Of a stretch of 64,000 nt of DNA, positions 51,412 through 64,000 are shown piece after piece. The stretch comes from Octopus vulgaris (lineage: Eukaryota). The notes under the pieces are model-generated. The model ran no database searches and had not been told where the DNA came from. It saw only the letters and a list, made by a program, of their open reading frames with translations. The stretch spans positions 51,770,001 through 51,834,000 of the forward strand of contig OX597832.1 in NCBI GenBank assembly GCA_951406725.2, read 5' to 3'. The translations under genes and the position numbers were made by a program. Within the stretch, counting starts at the first letter, position 1. Each line of letters begins with the position of its first letter.

Positions 51412-51754
51412 GTGACAATGATGATGTTAGTATTGACACAATATAAATATGAAACTGTTAGTGAAGCAGAAATGTCAACAACCCATTTTTTTTACTGTAT
51501 ATTCAGTATCAGATGACAATGTTTTGTGTGTAAGTAAGTGGCCAAATTATTACAGCCATTAGAGCGCTGTTTAGATTGGTTTCTAGTACGTGTTCTGGTT
51601 CCCTGCGCTTTGAGTTCAAATGCTCTTCAGATCAGATTTCTCTTTCATCCTTCTGTAATTGGTAACACCCCCACACACATGCATATTGGTTTACATGCAG
51701 TTTATTGCTGTTAAACAGTGAAAGTAAATATACATACACAAGTATCTATATACA

Positions 51755-51790
<36 letters not shown>

Positions 51791-51793
51791 TAT

Positions 51794-52193
51794 AGGCGCA
51801 GGAGTGGCTGTGTGGTAAGTAGTTTGCTTACCAACCACGTGGTTCCGGGTTCAGTCCCACTGCGTGGCACCTTGGGCAAGTGTCTTCTACTATAGCCTCG
51901 GGTCAACCAAAGCCTTGTGAGTGGATTTGGTAGACGGAAACTGAAAGAAGCCCATTGTATATGTATATGTGTATATATCTATATATGTGTGTGTGTGTGT
52001 TTCTTCCCCCCCCCCCCAACATCGCTTTGCAACTGATGCTGGTGTGTTTACGTCCCTATAACTTAGTGGTTCAGCAAAGAGACTGATAGAATAAGTACTA
52101 GGCTTACAAAGGATAAGTCCAGGAGTCGATTTGCTTGACTAAAGGCTGTGCTCTAGCATGGCTCCAGTCAAATGACTGAAACAAGTAAAAGAG
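51794..52193 (+). mobile_element. SINE family A, full length
   Basis: GGCGCAGGAGTGGCTGTGTGG head, GTAAAAGAG tail. Confidence 0.9.
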
Positions 52194-52270
52194 TATATAT
52201 ATATATACATGCACATGCACACATAAGGTAAACAGTAACCTACATTATATACACACATACACATGTATGT

Positions 52271-52518
52271 ATCATCATCATCATCATCATCATCATTGTT
52301 TAACGTCCGTTTTCCGTGCTTGCATGGGTTGGACGGTTCGACCGGGGTCTGGGAAGCCAGGAGGCTGCACCAGGCTCCAGTCTGATCTGGCAGTTTTTCT
52401 ACAGCTGGATGCCCTTCCTAACGCCAACCACTCCATGAATGCAGTGGATGCTTTTTACGTGCCACTGGTACAGAAGCCAGTCAAGGCAGCACTGGCATCG
52501 GCCACATTCGGATGGTTC
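52271..52518 (-). mobile_element. RTE 3' UTR (family C)
   Basis: Similarity to other copies. Confidence 0.82.
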
Positions 52519-53253
52519 TTCAAAGAAGAGAAAGAGAAAATCTAATTCATGAGATACTTTATTAGTCACAACGATCGTTTTGACACATCTTGCATCATTC
52601 TCTCACAGGTGAGATTCTGGACAATTAATGGTGAGGCAGCTGTCCAGAGGAAGCAATTAAGAGTAGGTGGCATATCTGATGGCATCACCTCCATTATTTT
52701 CTTCTATTGTAATCAGCATTGCTTGGTCCGGTTGGTGGGTAGTGAGTGGTGTACCTGATTTAGCTCTTGCAGGGCAGATGTCTGCTCCAGTTTGATAGCT
52801 AGAATAGGTTGTGGGGTTACTAGAATAGGGCTGGGGATTAGTTAGTACCTTATTTGTGTTGTTACTGCTATTCACATCCAGGTTTTATAATTTTCTATTG
52901 TTAAGGCAACAAATAATCCTAGCTGTGTTAGATATGGTGGAGTAGGATTATTTAATAGACTGTGAATTGAAGATTTTCTTTAGAGTACTAGATCTTGAGA
53001 AGTGCCTTTCTAACAGTGCAAAAAAAAAGTTCGGTTAAACTATTTTGGATATTAAGGGCAAAGTGGGGCAGGAAGAAACCAGATTGCATTGCACATTCTA
53101 ATACACTTGCTGTGTTTTAAGGGGATACGAAAAAAATCCACAAACTTCTGTCTCAATAAGCCATTATTGTCCCTGAAAGTTGTTTTTTTATATTTACAAT
53201 GGATTGCTTGAAGCTAACTTTCTTCCTAAACCTCGATCCCTAGATCTTGCATT

Positions 53254-53280
<27 letters not shown>

Positions 53281-53284
<4 letters not shown>

Positions 53285-53885
53285 AGACCCGGCAGGACAA
53301 GTGAGACCATCACCCATGGCCTCAGTCCACTTATGCATACCTTTCCTTCTTGGGACACAAAACCCTACTTGTGAAGACCTGTTGAAAATCAAAAAATCAA
53401 AAATCAAAATCGATCAAAATGAATGGAAATTGTAGCTGTGATACCAGTGCTGGTGGCACATAAGAGAACCATCCGAACGTGGCTGTTGCCAGTGCCACCC
53501 TGACTGGCTTCCGTGCCGGTGGCACGTAAAAAGCACCATCCGATCGTGGCCGTTACCAGCCTCGCCTGGCCTCCGTGCTGGTGGCACGTAAAAAGCACCA
53601 TCCGATCGTGGCGATTTGCCAGCCTTGCCTGGCCTCCGTGCTGGTGGCACGTAAAAAGCACCATCCGACCGTGGCCATTTACCAGCCTCATCTGGCACCT
53701 GTGCCGGTGGCACGTATAAAGCACCCACTACACTCACGGAGTGGTTGGCGTTAGGAAGGGCATCCAGCCGTAGAAACATTGCCAGATCAGACTGGGCCTG
53801 GTGCAGCCTTCTAGCTTCACAGACCCCAGTTGAACCGTCCAACCCATGCTAGCATGGAAAGCGGACGCTAAATGATGATGATGAT
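53281..53885 (+). mobile_element. RTE: last codons (EKTRQDK*) plus complete family-C 3' UTR with five modules
   Basis: Inserted in (TA)n; absent from the inverted duplicate at ~55650. Confidence 0.85.
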
Positions 53886-54280
53886 ATAACTACCTGAAGC
53901 TCATTATACAAATGTTGCACAATGGACTCTCCTGAGCATAGCTAGTCGTTAGGTTGAAATTACCTCAGTGAAGTTTACCTTACTCTTTTTACTCTTTTAC
54001 TGGTTTCAGTCATTTGACTGTGGCCACGCTGGAGCACCGCCTTTTAGTCGAGCAAATCGACCCCAGGACTTATTCTTTGTAAGCTTAGCACTTATTCTAT
54101 CGGTCTCTTTTGCCGAACGCTGGGGTTGGATGGCAAATATTGATGTGAATGCCTATGGGTGGCAGCAGAATTTGTACCTTGGAGTTACTTCAGCCTTATC
54201 TCCCTCTGTAACCCTTTCCAATTCTGCTTTCTGTTTCTAATTCTTTCCAAATCCTCTTCCCTACCATCCAATGGTTTGAT

Positions 54281-54835
54281 ATCATCATCATCATCATCAT
54301 CATCATCGTTTAACATCCGTTTTCCGCGCTAGCTGTTCGACCGGGGTCTGGGAAGCCAGGGGCTGCTCCAGGCTCCAGTCTGATCTGGCAGAGTTTCTAC
54401 GGCTGGATGCCCTTCCTAACGCCAACCACTCCGCGAGTGTAGTGGGTGCTTTTTACGTGCCACCTGCACAGGTGCCAGGGGGGGTCCGGCATCGGTCACG
54501 ATCGGTTGGAGCTTTTAACGTGCCAGCGGCACGGAAGCCAGCCAAGGTGGCACTGGCAACATTCGGATGGTCTTTTTTATGTGCCACCGGCACAGGGGCC
54601 AGTCGGGGCGGCGCTGGCATCGGCCACGTTCGGATGGTGCTTTTTATGTGCCACCGGCACAGGGGCCAGTCGGGGCGGCACTGGCATCGGCCACGTTCGG
54701 ATGGTGCTTTTTATGTGCCACCGGCACAGAAACCAGTCGGGGCGGCGCTGGCATCGGCCACGTTCGGATAGTGCTTTTTATGTGCCACCGGCACAGGCAT
54801 CATAACTACTATTTCCATTGATATTTATTTCGACG
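54281..54835 (-). mobile_element. RTE 3' UTR (family C) with six modules
   Basis: About 62-67-bp tandem units. Confidence 0.85.
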
Positions 54836-55173
54836 ATACCTAAATTAAACAGAATAACCATTACCTTTTAATTTCACATGTCCATTTTTTTATGTGCTGG
54901 TGGTGTGTTGTGTGCAGGCAAGTGTATAAAGGTAATTTTAAATCCTTGTTATTTCCTTTTTATTTTATATTTATATATTTTCTTTTTTGCTTTATTTTCC
55001 TTACGTGCTTAATTTACCCCTCCCCTTTTTTCTCTTTATACATGTGTGTCTATAAGCACACCCATTCTTAGTATTATTTCCACTCTATGCATATTTTTTA
55101 ATATTTTTTGTTCTTAATTTATTTATTTATTTGGATTCATCATTGTGTTGTGCCTGACTTGGAAATTCCGTGC

Positions 55174-55570
55174 GAGTTGCTGTGTGGTAAGTAGCTTGCT
55201 TACGAACCACATGGTTCCAGGTTCAGTCCCACTACGTGGCACCTTGGGCAAGTGCCTTCTACTATAGCCTCGGGCCGCCCAAAGCCTTGTTAGTGGATTT
55301 GGTAGACGGAAACTGAAAGAAGCCCGTCGTATATATATATGTACGTGAGTGTATATGTTTGTGTGTCTGTGTTTGTCCCTCTAACATCGCTTGACAACCG
55401 ATGCTAGTGTGTTTACGTCCCCGTAACTTAGCAGTTTGGCAAAAGAGACTGATAGAATAAGTGCTAGGCTTACAAAGAATAAGTCTTGGGGTTGATTTGC
55501 TCGATTAAAGGCGGTGCTCCAGCATGGCCACAGTAAAATGACTGAAACAAGTAAAAGAGTAAAAAGAGTA
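55174..55570 (+). mobile_element. SINE family A
   Basis: Similarity to other copies. Confidence 0.88.
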
Positions 55571-55870
55571 AGGATTTCAACCTAATGACTAGCTATGCTG
55601 AGGAGAGTCCATTGTGTAACATTTGTATAATGAGGTTCAGGTAGTTATATATATATATATAAATGTCAGATCTAGGGATCGAGGTTCTGGAAGAAAGTTA
55701 GCTTCAAGCAATCCATTGTAAATATAAAAAACAACTTTCAGGGACAATAATGGCTTACTGAGACGGAAAGCTGTGGATGTTTTTCTTATCGAAGAATGAT
55801 AAGATGAAAAATGTTCCTTTTGTATTCCACGGTAGGCAACCAGGATTGCTGGGTGTGTGAATAAGAATGC

Positions 55871-56032
55871 AAGAGTTACAGAATGGAGTAGGAAAGATCC
55901 GGGCTACATATGTTTCATAACGAGTGGAACCTCAGAAGTGGTATACCCGTCACTTGGATTTTACCAGTTCTGAGGTTCTGCCCACTTTGAAACATGTAGT
56001 TCAGATCTTTCCAACTCCATTCCATAACTCTT
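55871..56032. repeat. Imperfect ~160-bp hairpin
   Basis: AAGAGTTA..AATGGAGT.GGAAAGATC...GAACCTCAGAA is inverted on the right arm. Confidence 0.75.
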
Positions 56033-56103
56033 GAATATATCATTATATTATTATTAGTCCTTGTGGCCAATAAAAAAGAATTAATTATTATTATTATTAT
56101 TAC

Positions 56104-56151
<48 letters not shown>

Positions 56152-56154
56152 CAT

Positions 56155-56197
<43 letters not shown>

Positions 56198-56635
56198 GGC
56201 AATATGATTCCAAACTTACAGGGAAAAATTCAATTTACTAATACTAAATCAAATTTCACAATATATAATACATGTATATAAATTAGAGAAGAACCACCAT
56301 GTAGCAATTCAACAATGATATACTTAAATCATACCATATAGAAAAAAATTAAAGATACGATAAAACATTTACCTAGAACTAAATAAAGTATGAAATAATA
56401 AATAAATAGTATATAATTATTAAATAGTTAGTATATATAAATAATTAAATAATATATATATAAACAGTGAATTAAATAGAGATTCAATTGACTATCTAAT
56501 AATTTATTTATATTATAATTTAACATAATATACTATGAATATAATATAACATAAAAAGTTATTAAAAACCAAAAAGACTAACAATTTGTTTCGACTTGTA
56601 TACATTATTTGATTTATAATATATATATATGTATA

Positions 56636-56811
56636 TATATAGCAATAAGAAAATGGAGGAGATCAATAGGTGGTTCATCAACTTTTAGACATTATATTAT
56701 GTTAACTTGTTTATTTATCAGTTTGGTAAATAATGAATAAGTTAACGTAATATAATGTCTAAAAGTTGATGAACCACCTATTGATCTCCTCCATTTTCTA
56801 ATTGCTATATA
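56636..56811. repeat. Inverted repeat with ~75-bp arms in a (TA)n-embedded element
   Basis: Direct inspection; related to 5575-5730. Confidence 0.8.
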
Positions 56812-56981
56812 AATTGATGGTAAAATATCTCTTTACCTTCATCCATTTAGTACACTAGGTAATGTATTTGCAATGCAATAAAAAACACTTGTGTATTAAT
56901 AATTGGGTATTCTACCAGCAGTATATTGGATAGATATTATCCCTTAGTGGGTTGGATTCACAACCTCTAACTTTCTTGTAG

Positions 56982-57024
<43 letters not shown>

Positions 57025-57029
57025 TGTAT

Positions 57030-57225
57030 AGTCAAATCAAATAATCGAACATTAAAAGTAAGAATAACAAAACAACAACAGATTGTGCACATAGAATGTA
57101 TTAGTTTGATGCTTGTTAAAAGGAGAGGGTTTTTGACATTTCAAGCATAGCTCTTCATCACAAAGGAAAACAGAGAAATCCGGAAAAGGAAGAATATCAC
57201 CAACAGCACATATGTAGTTACATGG
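57030..57225 (-). mobile_element. Diverged family-H relative
   Basis: TTT-GTGATGA-A-GAGC TAT GCTT-GAAA-TGTC-AAA; same overall layout. Confidence 0.55.
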
Positions 57226-57231
57226 CTTTCT

Positions 57232-57304
<73 letters not shown>

Positions 57305-57306
<2 letters not shown>

Positions 57307-57605
57307 AAGCACTATGGCCCAGTGGTTAGGGCAACGGACTCGCAGTTGTAGGATTACAGTTTCGATTCCCAGACCGGGTGTTGTGAGTGTTTATTGAGCG
57401 AAAACACCTAAAGCTCCACGAGGCTCCGGCAGGGGGTGGTTGCGATCCTTGCTGTACTCTTACGCCACAACTTTCTCTCACTCTTTCTTCTGTTGGCCTG
57501 CTCGCTTAGCCAGCAGGATGGTGTCATTTGAAGGCTAAAACAATGCGAAGCGCATTGTGACCAGCGATGTGTAGCAACATCTGATAGCCTGGTTGGTCAC
57601 AGTGA
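57305..57605 (+). mobile_element. tRNA-derived SINE (family D)
   Basis: A box TGGCCCAGTGG, B-box-like TTCGATTCCC; ends in (AT)n. Confidence 0.78.
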
Positions 57606-58394
57606 TATATATATATATATATATATATATGAGCAGTATAGAATGTGGACTCAGATAATCATGTGGATATCACAGGAAGCTCTTCTTAGGAGTTGGCTAT
57701 CATTTTTCATAGTAATCAATAACAAAGAAATGTAATGTAGAGTGTTCATGTAACTGAAAATCCATAAAATCCAATTGAAATTATTTTATGAGTAGTATAT
57801 AAAACCATAAAGTCAGGAGGTACGAGAAGTAAATATATGTTTATTTAACCATGTGACTTCCATAGGGCTGTTTCCACAGTCTTCTTTATGGCGGTGTTAA
57901 TTTCAGTACGGAAGAAATTGTGCATACATGTTTGCATTAATATGTACGTTCAGACTTATACAATATAAACTAATGCAAACAAAGACAGTTAATGCAATAG
58001 ATCACCAGAACATTATGCATACATCAATAATTCGACTTGAAATATAGATACAAAATTTCTGCTTATACATATGCAATGTATGGAAGACCAAACTGGACAA
58101 AATTAGATTGATTTGATCAGTAAGAAGAGGAAGTAAAAATAACGCAAAAAATAAATAGCATAAAAGTATATAAAAAATAAAAGCAAATAATATAAATGAA
58201 TTTTTAGCCAAAGTAATTATATATATAGATGGGTAAGTGGGGAATGACAAATCTGGAGATTTAAAGATTCCACAGAAATCATGGGTGAATGATTGGTCAA
58301 GTAAAACTAAGAAATAGTATTCAACGATAGTAAATAAGGTCAGAATACCTCATAGAAATTAAATTGAATATTATTAATTAACATGATGTTAAGG

Positions 58395-58688
58395 AGATCC
58401 ATTGAGTCAAGTACACCAACCTTGAGGAGATCCATTGAGTCACGTATACCAACATCAAAAATCATTGGAAACTGCTGTTATGATCCCTGTGCCGGTGGCA
58501 CGTAAAAAGCACCCACTACACTCACGGAGTGGTTGGCGTTAGGAAGGGCATCCAGCTGTAGAAACACTGCCAGATCAGACTGGAGCCTGGTGCAGCCTTC
58601 TGGCTTCCCAGATCCCCGGTCGAACCATCCAACCCATGCTAGCATGGAGAACGGACGTTAAACGATGATGATGATGATGATGATGATG
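58395..58688 (+). mobile_element. RTE 3' UTR (family C), one module
   Basis: Similarity to other copies. Confidence 0.85.
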
Positions 58689-59230
58689 TATTGATTATAA
58701 GATGTCACAATCCTAAGGACATACCTAACCATGGATTAACTTATGAAAGACACACTGATAAACTTTATGGCAATTGAATATTTTCCTGTTCAACGATGAC
58801 CATAAATTGATTTCCCATTTGTAATGGATAATGTATTACACTCCCATGACTTAGCAGTTTTTGCAAAAGAAACTGATAGAATAAGTGCTGGACACAGACA
58901 GAATGGAGTCGATTTGCTTGACTGAATCCCTCAAGGCAGCATACACAGTTTAATGACTGAAACAAATAAAATAGTACAAGTATATATATGTATGTATACA
59001 CACACACACGTGCATGCACGCACACACACATGCATACACACAAGGATATATAGGGAGAATTCACAAAAAAAGCAAAAGACGAAGACAGGTGGAGTAGACA
59101 ACAGATGTATTAGTTTAATGCTCGGGAAGTGAAAAAGTCTTTAATGTTTTGAGCCTACGCTCTTCCACATAAAGGAACACAGAAATAAACAAGGACAGAA
59201 AATAAAGTATGTTTAGTGGCTAGCGATCTA

Positions 59231-60161
59231 GGGTGTATAAGATATTCGAGGACAGATTTATGTTTATAAAAAACAGATATGTAATAACAGATAATTATTT
59301 ATGAAAAATACTATGAGGATAAAAATAAACCTTTTCTATAATGTTATTCAATAAAGCCACCTTCAGCTTCAGCATCTGCTTCTATATGAGATCTAAATCA
59401 TCTACATGCTCAAATCAAGTGGTCCTGGTTCATTTTGGACATTACTCTGACTATGGCAGCTTTCAAAGAATCTTTGGTGTTATGGGCATGTTCATTAACC
59501 TCTCTCTCAACAACACTCCACATGTAATAGTCCAGTGGATTGAAATCTGGGGAATTAGGAGGCCAGATGTTAGGGATTATGTGATCATGAAAATTTTCAG
59601 CCATCCATTCCTGTGCTACTAGAGCCATGTGTGATAGTGCAGAGTCTTACTGAAACATATATGGCCTTCCATTGCATACACTGTCTATCCAGGGTTTAAT
59701 TATTTCCAGGACCTCAATGTAGGCAGCAGAGTTAACTCTAAGGCCTTGTGGAATGAAGTAAGGAGGCATCACATGTTCTTCATTGCTGACAACCCCTAAA
59801 ACCTTAACAGTTGCAGGAAGTTTTGTATGCATGACACTTGGAACTTCAGAAGGGTCTGCACATAACCATCTGTCATTTCTTCTGTTAACTTTTTGATCTT
59901 GGTCAAAGTTTTTCTTGTTTGAGTAAAACCAAATCAAATCTTCTTCTGTTGGATTTTTCTGTTTGTTTAAGAGCCTTTTAAGTCTGATGTAGTGATTTTC
60001 TTTTGCTTTTTCTGACCAATTGACCTTTCCTCATCATATAAGACTTATATCTGATGTCTTCCTGGACAACATTTCCTACTGTTCCTTCTGACACATGGAG
60101 ATCTTTTGCTATTGACCTCATGGACTTTCTGGGATTGTAATCGATGGTCTGTTGAACAACC
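59231..60161 (-). pseudogene. Tc1/mariner transposase, maT/DD37D-like, 5'-truncated
   Basis: SMRSIAKDLHVS, NRRNDRW, VMPPYF..GLRVNS..YIEVLE, WPPNSPDFNPLDYYMWS; stops and frameshifts. Confidence 0.85.
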
Positions 60162-60981
60162 AAAGGGTTGCATCAGGTGTGCATCTTGCTGTCATCTTTC
60201 ACTGGCGGCCCACATTACATGCACAAAAGAACTCAAGATGCAATGACATACATTCGCTACTACGGGCGTCCCGACTTATTTATCACCTTCACCTGTAATC
60301 CTAGGTAGGGGGAGATTGAAATAGAACTTTTTCAGAGTCAGCAGGCCAAAGACAGACATAATCTCATTGAGCGGGTCTTCCATTTGAAGTTACACGAACT
60401 CATGAACTTCATCACATGTATACTGTCGAATGGCAGAAAAGGGGTCTTCCTCATGCTCATATCCTAATTTGGTTATCCACATGGATTGCATTTGATGCAA
60501 TCGACAATTTGATCTCAGCCAAGTTCCCTGACCCCTCTATTGGCAGGACTCTCTTTGAGACAGTGAAGACTAACATGATCCATGGTCCCTGCAGACGAGG
60601 ATTCAACCTTCAATCGCCTTGCATGAAAGGGTCAGTTTGCAGCAAGAAATACCCAAAACAATTCCTCCAGGAAACACAATCCGGGCATGATGGGTACCCT
60701 CTGTACAGATAAAGGAAACCAGAGGACAGTGGATTCACAGCACAAGTTGGCCCCTATGTAGTAGACAACAGATGGATAGTGCCTTACTGCCCAATCCTGT
60801 TAAAGGCATTCAATGCTCACATAAATGTCGAGCTCTGCATTTCTGTAAAGTTCATCAAATATGTGTGCAAGTACATCAACAAAGGCTCTGATGCTGTTGT
60901 GTTTGGCCTGCAACCAGATGGAGTCCACGATACCAAGTAGGCAGGTTCATAAGTAGTAATGAAACCTTCTGGCGCATGCTG
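60162..60981 (+). pseudogene. Helitron Rep (HUH endonuclease) fragment
   Basis: SFTGGPHYM, GRPDLFITFTCNP, VEWQKRGLPHAHIL, MIHGPC, GYPLYR, DNRWIVPY, HINVE, KYVCKYINKG. Confidence 0.92.
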
Positions 60982-61039
60982 GAAGGTTGCACTAAATTCC
61001 AGTCTGATTTGGTAATGCATACATACTTATGTATTTATT

Positions 61040-62062
61040 TTATTTGTTGCATATGTTAATGACATAGATGCCAACTTAAAGAATGCCAAAGTGCTGAAAT
61101 ATGCAGATGACATCAAGCTGTACCTCGAAATAAAAAGGTCAGATCCTGTACACTATAGATCTCTATTGCAATCAGACCTGGACACAATGCAGCAGTGGAT
61201 CATGGACTGGCAACTCAACCTGGCAGTGGACAAATGTACCACCATGCATTTTGGGAGGAAAAACCCAGCGTCTACTTACTCCCTCCACAACACTATTCTC
61301 AAAAAGTCTTCTTGTGAACGTGACCTGGGCGTTATTGTCGACAGCGATTTGTGTTGGACAAAACACATCGCTAAAATTGCCAAGAAGGCTGAGGGTGTCT
61401 TGGCATCACTCACCAGGTCCTTTGTAAGCTGCTCTCCGGCTATCTATCTGCAGCTTTATATAGCTATGGTGCGACCTCACCTGGAATTTGCATCACCAGT
61501 CTGGAATCCCTATCTTGCCCAGGATATTAATCGTCTGGAAGCAGTTCAGCGACATGCAACCAAGAGAATACCCTCCATCAGGCATTTGCCATAATCTGAA
61601 CGCCTTGCTTCCCTGGACATAGACACATTGAAACTCCGACGTCTGGCAGCTGACTTGGCAGACACCCATAAAATTATTAACCATCTTACAAACAATAACT
61701 CTGAGCTCCTTTTCAAACTCCACCCGTCTAATACCCGTGGACATATTTACAAAGTCAGAAAACAGCACAGCTCCCATGACTTTTGGAAACATTTTTTCAC
61801 GCTAAGAGTTGCTGAAGTAAGGAAGAAACCGCTGGCATCAGTTGTTAGTTGTCGGAGCACTGCATCCTTCAAAACTTCCATGCTTCCTGAAATTCGCCGA
61901 CACTACACCTGATTTTCTCCACTCCATACACACACAAGCATGTATCTGACTCATACATTGTTCACTTTCCAGACATTTGTACATTACTGCATATGCTTTA
62001 TATGCACTTTTGACAAGTTGTGGTGCACCTCAGCACTGTATACAATAATTTCATTATTATTA
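61040..62062 (+). mobile_element. CR1-type LINE, 5'-truncated (RT YADD through 3' UTR)
   Basis: YVNDI..KYADDIKLY, LQSDLD, ERDLGV, VRPHLEFASPVWNP; in-frame stop at 61592; (ATT)n tail. Confidence 0.92.
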
Positions 62063-62399
62063 TATATATGTATGTATGCATATACATAGACACAAAAACA
62101 TACCCATTAATATAGAAAGGTAGATAGATAGATAGACAGACAAGACAGATAGATAGATAGAGAGAAAGAGAGAGAGAGAGAGAGAGTTTCAAGTTTCCTA
62201 GAATAAATAAATGCACACAAACATTCAATTGTTAGTGCTTATAGATAGTGCATATGCACATACATAAAGAGCAATGAATCACACACATCTGTATACACCT
62301 CCCACCACCACCACCACCACCACCACCACCACGCATCACACACTTCTCTACTTCCTCGAAGAGATATTCCTTGATATGCAAGTATATCTACACACTCAC

Positions 62400-62496
62400 A
62401 TGTGTGTGTGTGTGTACGTACATATGTATGTAGGTATGTGTGTGTGTGAATATATATGTACTATATATATACACATATATATAAATATGCAATACG

Positions 62497-62552
<56 letters not shown>

Positions 62553-62554
62553 AC

Positions 62555-62590
<36 letters not shown>

Positions 62591-62670
62591 GTATATAAAG
62601 ATACATATATAGAGAGAGAGATACATATGCACGCACACACGCACACACACACACACACACACACAGATAC
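62400..62670. repeat. Compound (TG)/(TA)/(ACAT)/(CA) microsatellite
   Basis: Direct inspection. Confidence 0.95.
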
Positions 62671-63134
62671 CTGTGTGCACTTGCATGCATATGTATACTT
62701 AACGTTGACTCATTCACATTCTCAAATTCTAGGAACTATGAATCTTGACTCAAAAAAAAAATCAATAATATAAATAATAAAAATAAATAGATAAGCTTTG
62801 CCACATCTGACATAATGTCATGTCTGGATTCTATGAAGAACTGAAATAAATCTCAGAAAAATAAAAAGAATAAAAATTCATGTACATACAAATTTCTTAT
62901 TTGTATTTCCACATTTCTCTTTTTTACCTTTTAAAATTTTCTTTCCTTTTTTTTCTTTCCTTGTCATTTTTTTTTATCTTGTTTAAATATTTTGTTTATA
63001 TTTGATTGTTATCTTCCAGTAATCATTATTGTTAAAGAATTCAATTGCACTTGAAGGTCAAACAGCATTGGATGAACACAGCTGTATTTCATACTAAGAT
63101 AGAAAAAAGAGGTGTATTTTATATTATTATTATT

Positions 63135-63679
63135 GAGTGAGAGAGCAGTGCATGCCATCAAAGTGACACTGGGGTAAAATATACAAAGCCCAGTATACCC
63201 ATCATGACTACACGTCTGATAAGGATACACTAGGCACATGCATCACAACCATATGTGCGCGACATGGTGATCTCATATCAAAATAAACAGTGCATGACCT
63301 TGCAGGTGGGGCCCAGTTAGAATTTTCTTCAGGTCGAGTAGCCCATCCTACTCAAAAAGTCCCTGAATAAGTGTTGTTTAAGGATGTTGAATGAAACACC
63401 CATGTTTCCAGAGGTGAATCATTCAAACCCCAAATAATCCCTCTCAACACATGGCTATGATGCTCCCCCACTACTTCTGCTCGTGATCAGAGATGCACAT
63501 ATTGTCAGCCACTGAGGGACACGCTCAACTGGTTAAGGTCAAACAACTGACTAGCAAATCTGTGGTATTGAGCAGAATATTTGCTGTAGCCCATCTTTTA
63601 TACCAAGACAAAACAATGTACATGATAACACTTCCAGTCAGTTAAGATCAGAAGCCATGAGAGCCACTGCCTGGTACTG

Positions 63680-63680
<1 letters not shown>
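63135..63680 (-). mobile_element. Family E element embedded in (AAT)n
   Basis: Near-identical to 24185-24730. Confidence 0.8.
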
Positions 63681-63731
<51 letters not shown>

Positions 63732-64000
63732 ATTATCATTTTTCCTCAAAACAAAACGATGAATTAGCTTACTATTTGAAAGCTGGGAGGAGGAAGAGAA
63801 ATAGGATGATGATGATGAAATGAAAATAAGATAATAGCTTTATTCATATCCTGTTGAGGTCAACCTTTTGCATTTTAATCCTTTTTGGGTTGGTAAAATA
63901 AAGCACCAATCAAATCCTTGGGTGAATGTAAATTGTCTAACCCCACCTCCTCCTTCTAAATTTGCTGGCCTTGTGCCAAAATTAGAAAGAATCTTTATTA

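Noticed and set aside
52600-53030. Minus-strand ORF or possible decayed LINE C-terminus
   Set aside because: Only vague similarity, no diagnostic motif
53281-53885. Family C as an independent SINE
   Set aside because: No tRNA head, variable 5' ends, and the longest copies run into RTE ORF codons
54442-54821. Repeat-protein ORFs or CRISPR-like regular spacing
   Set aside because: Whole units repeat with no unique spacers and no cas genes; it is an RTE 3' UTR array

Overview
Eukaryotic, AT-rich, repeat-saturated DNA. The SINE families, very dense (TA)n/(ATGT)n/(CA)n microsatellites and TTAGGG tracts suggest an octopus (inference from repeat content). No intact gene is visible; almost all listed ORFs are microsatellite or SINE translation artefacts. 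Contents: many copies of two abundant tRNA-derived SINEs (OR2-like and OR1-like), 5'-truncated RTE and CR1-type LINEs, a near full-length decayed mellifera-type mariner, maT/DD37D and other Tc1/mariner remnants, a Helitron Rep pseudogene plus non-autonomous Helitrons, and hAT, piggyBac and Merlin-like MITEs. There is also a Penelope-like GIY-YIG fragment with inverted terminal repeats and one plausible host exon (38170-38416, minus). The most notable signals are RNA structures: (i) minimal type-I hammerhead ribozyme motifs in several small elements, one with a 16-bp TSD, and (ii) a variable-number tandem array of compact H-type pseudoknot modules in the RTE 3' UTR. All folds and family assignments were made by eye and are untested.
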